Assembly (NCBI GenBank): GCA_964476255.1
Contig: CAYYYR010000033.1
Span: 6,181 to 70,180, forward strand
Reading direction: 5' to 3'
Source: an uncultured Nitrososphaera sp.
Lineage (GTDB): Archaea > Thermoproteota > Nitrososphaeria > Nitrososphaerales > Nitrososphaeraceae
Length of the DNA: 64,000 nucleotides
Position numbers and translations under genes: made by a program. The stretch's first letter is position 1; every line of letters begins with the position of its first letter. The notes below the pieces were generated by a model. That model had not been told where the DNA came from. It searched no databases and worked only from the letters and a program-made list of their open reading frames with translations. This document shows, piece by piece, positions 58,062 to 64,000 of the stretch.

Positions 58062-58871
58062 TTATGTTCTTTTTCTTCCAACCGCGCTAAATAACCTAGC
58101 ATACGTCACAAAACTTCCCTTATTCTTTGCAAGCTTTTTCAGGCCCTCATACATCTTGGCATATTCCTCCTCACTTTGAAGCTTGTGATTAAGAATCTGT
58201 TGCTTTATACTCTGTGCCAGCTGCCATCCGAGGGAGCTGTACGGCTCATGGCCCATCAAAATGCAGGGAGAGTAGCATTCTACACTTGCGTCAAAGGATT
58301 CATCCGCCAACAATTTGTACAGCTTTCTGCCTGCTAGCGGGTCTCCGCCTGCCCTCTTGATCAAGGCGACGTAAACTTTTCTAAGAGTATTAAAAGCCTC
58401 GCTTTTCGGGTAGCTGAGCCACGATCCCTGGTCATGGTCTAGATCTTGGATTACAACTGTTCCTCCTTTTTTTGCTAGCCGTTTCATAGAACGTACTGCT
58501 TCCTGTGTGTTCTTCAGATGCTGGAAAGTAAACCTGGAATAAACAATGTCAAAATCCTCCTTGCTGTCAAGCCTGCTCTCGCAAATATTGTCGTAGACAA
58601 ATTCCATGTTAGACTGAGTGCTGACGCTGCGGCAATGCTGGAGATACTTGTCGTCCACATCTATGCCCGTTACCCGTCCTGTTCTGCCTACCATTCCAGC
58701 AATCAGCCTACTGACAGAACCAGAGCCGCAGCCAATGTCGGCACAGATCATACCCTTCTTCAGTCCCACATTCAAAAGCGTCTGCTTTGTCAATGGTTCA
58801 AAAAAGGTTGCCTGCATTTCGAGGCGTTCTATCTCACTGTCACGATTACCCAGAATATAATCTTCTTTCAT
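58062..58871 (-). CDS. Class I SAM-dependent methyltransferase
   Basis: E.ERL..Q N-terminus, DIGCGSG, FDIVYSR...HL and GGDP..GR.L. Confidence 0.92.
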   Translation of the reverse strand: MKEDYILGNRDSEIERLEMQATFFEPLTKQTLLNVGLKKGMICADIGCGSGSVSRLIAGMVGRTGRVTGIDVDDKYLQHCRSVSTQSNMEFVYDNICESRLDSKEDFDIVYSRFTFQHLKNTQEAVRSMKRLAKKGGTVVIQDLDHDQGSWLSYPKSEAFNTLRKVYVALIKRAGGDPLAGRKLYKLLADESFDASVECYSPCILMGHEPYSSLGWQLAQSIKQQILNHKLQSEEEYAKMYEGLKKLAKNKGSFVTYARLFSAVGRKRT

Positions 58872-59137
58872 TGCTCTCCACTAATCTGATCTTTCTACAC
58901 GCGCTAGACTTGCGCTCATAACGGTGAATTGTTTTGCAGATTCTCTTAACCTTTTCTGATCTAGTTCTTTCTACCGACCTTACGATAAATCTAGAATTTG
59001 TGTTCCAAGTCGATGTAGTAGCGTTAGATCGGGATGGTTACTCTTTCAATTAAACCCGGGTGGTTTTCTTTGGTGCCTTACCAGCTCCTTGATCGAGTCA
59101 AAGCCTTGTAAGCAGCTGTACGGCTCATCATAGGGTA

Positions 59138-59665
59138 TCATGTGGTAAACCACCAGATGGGGTTGGGTGCGATGTCTTCTTGTTTCACTTGATTATTTGT
59201 GTTCGCCGGCTTTATTTCGTTCTCCTGCTTGCAGTGTTTCTCAAACTCGTCAAGATCCTTAAAAGACGCCATGCATTTGTTGCAAACGAGGTAGCTGACC
59301 TTCGAGTCGGTAACGATTGAAATCAGCGGGCTCTTGCTGATCCTTATCACCCTGTCCTGCGGCAAGGTTATCGCGATTATCCCGCCGTCCTGCCAGCTCT
59401 TGAAATGTTTCTCAAATTCCTCGTAGACTGAAAGTGTAAAGCAAGCGACAGGGTCGTTTTCAAAGTCGCACAATTTTTTCTTGCTAATGTATTCGGTGTG
59501 CAGGCCTTGCAGCCAGCGGTCAATGATTTCCGGGTGTTCCGATAGGATCGACTGGACAATCTCGGGAGTGTAAATCGCGATCTTGGTTTCTAGCGCGTCA
59601 TTTGGCACCAAGCTATAGCCTTTCAGCTTCAAGCCAAGCGATCCGTCCTCAAACGCATTTGCCAT
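59138..59665 (-). CDS. Hypothetical protein with C2H2-like zinc finger
   Basis: CNKCMASF...DEFEKH near the C-terminus. Confidence 0.7.
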   Translation of the reverse strand: MANAFEDGSLGLKLKGYSLVPNDALETKIAIYTPEIVQSILSEHPEIIDRWLQGLHTEYISKKKLCDFENDPVACFTLSVYEEFEKHFKSWQDGGIIAITLPQDRVIRISKSPLISIVTDSKVSYLVCNKCMASFKDLDEFEKHCKQENEIKPANTNNQVKQEDIAPNPIWWFTT

Positions 59666-59929
59666 GAAGTATTGTTGTTTTCCAAATTATTAAGGCTTTA
59701 TTTAGTAAAACTGAGAAATCTAGGTAGAAATATCAACATAGATATATTATCAATTGAATAAGTAATCTTTATTGTATGATTTCAAATTCAGGCTTTGGAA
59801 ATTTTTCTTTGGGAACCCAAACATACAACTTTGGTCAAAGGGATAATGGGGCGACGTCATTTACGTTGAAGGGGAACGGGTTTGATCACTAGAATTTTAT
59901 CCTCCACGTAGTTTACCAAAGTCCGGGGC

Positions 59930-60283
59930 ATGAACTACCAGGAGCTCTGCAAGGCGGTGGCCGGCCTGCACGGCAGCGTCGAAGTAGCCATGGTGCTGTC
60001 AGGCGGCAAGCTCGCGGCGTCGCACCTGAAATCAGGCGGCCCTGCGCCGGACGAAGACGAGTTCCACTACATGATTTCGCAAATCGAGATGATAGTCAGG
60101 GCAACAAAGGCCAACGAAGACAAGTTTGGCGAGCTGGGCTATGTCTCAATCCACTACAAGTACATCGACGGTCTGTTCTTCCCGCTCGACGATCACAACA
60201 CTCTGATCGTGGGGGTGGTGCAGCCATACGAGCATGACGCTCTGGCCGGCAAGGTATTGACGCTTTTGGCGCGTGCAAAATAG
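59930..60283 (+). CDS. Roadblock/DUF6659-like small protein
   Basis: YQELC..V, ED.FG.L.Y....Y...GLFFP pattern. Confidence 0.75.
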   Translation: MNYQELCKAVAGLHGSVEVAMVLSGGKLAASHLKSGGPAPDEDEFHYMISQIEMIVRATKANEDKFGELGYVSIHYKYIDGLFFPLDDHNTLIVGVVQPYEHDALAGKVLTLLARAK

Positions 60284-60291
60284 GAGAAAAG

Positions 60292-60366
60292 TGGGCCGGG
60301 GGTGATTTGAACACCCGACCACCTCGATGTCAACGAGGTATCATAACCGAACTAGACCACCGGCCC
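60292..60366 (-). tRNA. tRNA-Val(GAC)
   Basis: GGGCCGG/CCGGCCC acceptor, CCTCG-TT-GAC-AT-CGAGG anticodon arm, GGGTG-TTCAAAT-CACCC T arm. Confidence 0.97.
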
Positions 60367-60517
60367 TTAGTGCAAATTTTTGCTGCCCAAATATATGTTG
60401 TAGATTTGGCACTCCCGTAGAACCGCACTCGAGCTTTGTTCTACAAGTCTGATATACAGTGCAAACCCAGCTTTAGCTAATGAAGACCGAGCGCGCCGCA
60501 GACGGCATTCAGAGGAA

Positions 60518-60652
60518 ATGTTGCGGCTGTTGAACGAGATCCTTGCGACGCTGAAGGAGAACAACAGGATACCCAAGGAGCACAATTCTGTCGTCAGCAG
60601 CATCGACGAGCGCGTACGGAGGATCGGCGTCAACACTTCCAACATGCGCTAA
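60518..60652 (+). CDS. Small coiled-coil hypothetical protein
   Basis: MLRLLNEILATLKENNRIPKEHNSVVSSIDERVRRIGVNTSNMR. May originally have started at ATG 60480 with a 1-nt frameshift. Confidence 0.5.
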   Translation: MLRLLNEILATLKENNRIPKEHNSVVSSIDERVRRIGVNTSNMR

Positions 60653-60697
60653 CCATAGATAAGGTTAAGAGCCACCTGCGGCGTTTTTATTCAACAT

Positions 60698-61753
60698 TTG
60701 GACAACGAGTCCTTCAAGATAATCAACGGCGACGCTTGCGATATTGTAAAGCGCCTGCCAAGCGGCAGGTTCCGCGCCGTCGTTACCTCTCCGCCGTACT
60801 ACGGCCACCGGCACTATGGCGACAACGATCATGAAATAGGCAGGGAGCAGACTGATGAAAACTACCTCAACTCGCTGACCAATGTGTTTGCAGCGTGCAG
60901 GAACACGTTGACAGAGGACGGCAGCCTGTGGATAGTTATAGGCGACAGCCGGCGGCGGCACGAAAAGCTAAGAATCCCACACCGCCTTGCAGAAAGGCTG
61001 GTGCAGGCCGGATACGTCTTTCGCGAGGACATTGTCTGGTACAAGAAAAACAACGTCAGCAGCAGCTCGCAGGACAACTTTTCGCAGGCGTACGAATACG
61101 TCCTGTTCTTTTCAAAGAGCCGCCGCTCGTTCACAAACCTTGACGCTGTGAGGGTGCCCGGCAACGAGGCGGCAGAGGGCCGCAACAAGGTGCCGCCAAA
61201 AGACATGGTGCAGTACTCCCCGGAAAGCCCTGACAAAAGTGGGATCGCGCGCATTGCAAATATCATACATAGCGCGTCCCCTTCCACCCCGCTTTCCGAT
61301 CTCCCGACGACTTCAGAAATTGCGCGAGCCTACGGCTACGACCCGGAAAAGTTCTGCCCGACATGCTACCGCAAGTTCAAGCGTCACGCGACGCGGAGGA
61401 GGATAGGCGATCACAAGCACTACCCAATATTTGCAGTCTGCAACCCGAACGGCAAGAACCCGTCGAACGTGTGGGAGATCGCGACAAAGGCCCATTATGG
61501 CAACGAGCACTTTGCGATATTTCCAGAAGAGCTGGTAGACATGATCGTCAGGTTTGCGACTGAAAAGGGCGACTTTGTACTCGATCCGTTCGCCGGCAGG
61601 GGGACCACCGGCATAGCCGCGACGTCGCTTGGGCGCAAGTTCGTGGGCATCGACCTTTACAAGGAAAACGTGGAGAAGGCCAGCAGGAACATCGCCAAGG
61701 CAGACGGCCGCACAAATCTAATAATGGGACTTGCTCCCAATAGCCAGCATTGA
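60698..61753 (+). CDS. Beta-class amino DNA methyltransferase (SPPY, likely m4C)
   Basis: VVTSPPY (motif IV), GSLW..IGD, IVWYK, HFAIFP and LDPFAG.GTT (motif I at the C-terminus). Confidence 0.92.
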   Translation: MDNESFKIINGDACDIVKRLPSGRFRAVVTSPPYYGHRHYGDNDHEIGREQTDENYLNSLTNVFAACRNTLTEDGSLWIVIGDSRRRHEKLRIPHRLAERLVQAGYVFREDIVWYKKNNVSSSSQDNFSQAYEYVLFFSKSRRSFTNLDAVRVPGNEAAEGRNKVPPKDMVQYSPESPDKSGIARIANIIHSASPSTPLSDLPTTSEIARAYGYDPEKFCPTCYRKFKRHATRRRIGDHKHYPIFAVCNPNGKNPSNVWEIATKAHYGNEHFAIFPEELVDMIVRFATEKGDFVLDPFAGRGTTGIAATSLGRKFVGIDLYKENVEKASRNIAKADGRTNLIMGLAPNSQH

Positions 61754-62484
61754 CGCCCGACGACAGCCTGAGGGGCAGCGAGAAAGAGGGACTGTACAAG
61801 GCGATATTTTCGAGGAGGGACGTCCGCTCTCACTTTGTAGGCAGGGAAATCCCGGACGACGTTCTTCTCCGAATGCTGAACGCGGCCCACCACGCCCCTT
61901 CAGTCGGGTTTTCGCAGCCGTGGAACTTTATCCTGGTAAAAGACAGAACGATCCGCCAGAAGGTCAAAGAGTCGTTCGTGCGCGAGCGCGACCGCTCGAT
62001 TGCCATGCTGGACGGCAACGAGCAGCGGCAAAAGCAGTACGCTTCGCTAAAGCTGGAAGGCATAATGGAGTCTGCAATCAACGTTTGCGTAACGTACGAC
62101 CCGACGCGCTTTGGGCCGTTTGTCTTGGGCAGGACATCGATTGAAGAAACGGGCGTCTACAGCGTCGCCTGCGCGATCCAGAACCTCTGGCTTGCGGCAA
62201 GGGCAGAAGGGGTGGGCGTCGGATGGGTGAGCATCCTCGCAAACGAGGATCTTGAAAAAATACTGGCGATACCCCCACACGTGAGGCCGGTCGCGTACCT
62301 GTGCTTGGGGTACGTGAGCGGGTTTGCAGAAAAGCCGGACCTGGAGCGCGCCGGCTGGCTCCCGCGGATGGGCCTCGCCGATGTGGTGTGCTACGAGCAG
62401 TGGGGCGTGCACCAGTCAGAGCCGTGGTCTGCCCTCCGCGCGGCGATCGGCAGAATGGGCGAAAGCAAGCGTGAAAATATATAA
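61750..62484 (+). CDS. bluB: 5,6-dimethylbenzimidazole synthase BluB (nitroreductase family)
   Basis: RRDVR, AAH.APSVG.SQPW.F, LKLEGI and S..CAIQNLWLAARAEG.G.GWVS motifs. Confidence 0.92.
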   Translation: MTPDDSLRGSEKEGLYKAIFSRRDVRSHFVGREIPDDVLLRMLNAAHHAPSVGFSQPWNFILVKDRTIRQKVKESFVRERDRSIAMLDGNEQRQKQYASLKLEGIMESAINVCVTYDPTRFGPFVLGRTSIEETGVYSVACAIQNLWLAARAEGVGVGWVSILANEDLEKILAIPPHVRPVAYLCLGYVSGFAEKPDLERAGWLPRMGLADVVCYEQWGVHQSEPWSALRAAIGRMGESKRENI

Positions 62485-62522
62485 TCGTACACTGAACGAT
62501 AAACAATCGGCAGGCAAACAGG

Positions 62523-64000
62523 TTGAGATTCAGACCTAGCGTTGGCGGGCGAGAAAACCACGATTGCTGCACGTACGGCGGCCTGTTTTTTAGCATAGAT
62601 TATCACAACCTCGCCCGGTACCTGTTTATCACGCTCGCTTTCACCGGCCTTCTCTCCACCGGTTGGTTCGGCATACCGCTCGTCCCAAACTATTTTATCG
62701 GCAACCAGGTAAACATACTGGCCGGCCTCTTCACGCTTTTCAGCGCCCTCGGCACAATCTGGGGTGTGATGGCATACCGCGAATTTACAAAGTCAATCGA
62801 GCTTGTCATGGACGCAAGGGACGCGGCCCGCCGGCTCGACCCGATGATGGGCGAGTACGAATACCGGTCGTACAACCCTGTCACAAAGGACTATGAAGCC
62901 GGGTTTGTCCCGTCCGGCCCGATAGACTTCTGGGACAAGGAGATGCAGGTGCCTTCTTGGATGGACAAGGGCAAGTACTGGCACATACTGCTCAGCCTCC
63001 AAGCCGGGAGCAGGGAGGTCAGGCTGAAGGTGGTCAAGGACAGGGATCTGCCATTCCACATAAGCCCCCGGAGAGTGGCAGTCACCAGCCGGGAAAAGAT
63101 CGTCAGCGAAGAAACAAAGTCGTGGCGCTACGTCTACGTCGTCAGGGTCCCGCAGTGGCTCGTGATGAACACCGAGCGCAACAGGTTTGCTGACGTTACG
63201 GGTGGCCAGCTGGGCGAGCTCGTCGCCGACCTCAATCGGAAGATAGTGGCCGCTTCAGACGAAGTGGCCGAGTGGGAGAAGCAGAGGATAAGGCACCCGT
63301 GGGGGGGGCTTGGCATATACCTCAACAAGAGCCTGCCCCTCAGGATTGTCTATCGGCAGGTGATAAGGAACTTTCCCGGCGCAAAAAAGCGCGGCATCGA
63401 GGAGACAAACGCCAACCTTGCAAACGTCAAGGACGACGAGCTCGTCGCCTCGCTGCTGGAACTTGCGTCCCAAAAGGGCGTCCAGCAGAACAGGATCGAG
63501 ATGCTGGAGCTGCTCATAAGGTTCCTGAAGAACGCGTACACCCGCCTCGGGCTCGGCGAAGGCGCAAGCGAGTACCACAACTTCCACCACTCGCTTGAAG
63601 TGTCCTACATGGCCCTCTACATGGTGCCAAGGGAGTTTGAGAAGTTTGCGTTCGGCCCCAGGGACTATGAGATTGTGCTGGTGGCGGGGCTGCTGCACGA
63701 CTACGACCCTGCCCAGCCGCTCGCGACTCACGAAGGGCCCAAGGGCCCTAGCGTCGCAAGGACGATGCAGGAACTTTCAAGGGCCCGGATCCTGGACGCC
63801 TACTTTACGATGGGGAGGGAACAGTTTGCAGACTATTTCCGCGCGTTCCAGTCGGCGCTTGCCCCGCCGGAAGAGTTCTCCACCACACACCCCGAGTACG
63901 TCAAGGCGGAGTGGAGCCCGACGGAGAGCCTGATGACAGAGATGCTCATCTGGAGGACGGACTTTCCGTTCTTCCGGCAAAAGCTCGCCCTGGAAACGTT
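62523..64000 (+). CDS. Membrane-anchored HD-domain protein (partial, runs off the window)
   Basis: Open from TTG 62523 to the window end (absent from the ORF track because no stop). Two N-terminal TM helices, then YHNFHHSLEV...AGLLHDYD. Confidence 0.8.
   Translation, partial: MRFRPSVGGRENHDCCTYGGLFFSIDYHNLARYLFITLAFTGLLSTGWFGIPLVPNYFIGNQVNILAGLFTLFSALGTIWGVMAYREFTKSIELVMDARDAARRLDPMMGEYEYRSYNPVTKDYEAGFVPSGPIDFWDKEMQVPSWMDKGKYWHILLSLQAGSREVRLKVVKDRDLPFHISPRRVAVTSREKIVSEETKSWRYVYVVRVPQWLVMNTERNRFADVTGGQLGELVADLNRKIVAASDEVAEWEKQRIRHPWGGLGIYLNKSLPLRIVYRQVIRNFPGAKKRGIEETNANLANVKDDELVASLLELASQKGVQQNRIEMLELLIRFLKNAYTRLGLGEGASEYHNFHHSLEVSYMALYMVPREFEKFAFGPRDYEIVLVAGLLHDYDPAQPLATHEGPKGPSVARTMQELSRARILDAYFTMGREQFADYFRAFQSALAPPEEFSTTHPEYVKAEWSPTESLMTEMLIWRTDFPFFRQKLALET

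Noticed and set aside
51880..60366. AT-rich block as a tRNA-Val-integrated element
   Set aside because: No integrase, no att duplicate of the tRNA 3' end, a GC-rich gene intervenes, and the genes belong to lineage-typical families.
63301..63308. G8 homopolymer as a phase-variation site
   Set aside because: In frame (TGG GGG GGG = WGG) and short; no evidence of slippage from a single sequence.
1..64000. CRISPR array, rRNA genes, transposase/integrase
   Set aside because: No regularly spaced 25-40 nt repeats, rRNA signatures, DDE or tyrosine-recombinase motifs were seen by eye.

Overview
Chromosomal segment of an ammonia-oxidising archaeon (Thaumarchaeota/Nitrososphaeria, most like Nitrososphaera). 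The assignment is inferred from archaeal rpl12, aIF-1A, topoisomerase VI, a LysW-type arg cluster, PEF-type sorting signals, an intron-containing tRNA and a Grs-type radical SAM gene. Composition is mosaic: AT-richer blocks (about 1-17,100 and 51,880-59,900) alternate with GC-rich blocks. Three tRNAs are present (Ala-UGC with intron, Ile-GAU, Val-GAC); no rRNA, CRISPR array or intact transposase was seen. The main leads are: (1) an archaeal ebo-like operon (TatD, two TIM-barrel isomerases, UbiA, alkaline-phosphatase family) with a divergent polyol dehydrogenase; (2) a LysW carrier ending in Gln instead of the catalytic Glu; (3) a 60-bp promoter module with two palindromes 31 bp apart, duplicated before argG and argC; (4) an unannotated ~162-nt four-way-junction RNA next to tyrS; (5) a canonical FtsZ with a MinD-like C-terminal tail; (6) a regulator-dense AT-rich block around a second UbiA prenyltransferase; (7) a nuclease-like/QueD fusion; and (8) several small genes broken by single lesions. 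All family calls come from motif recognition by eye; no searches were run.
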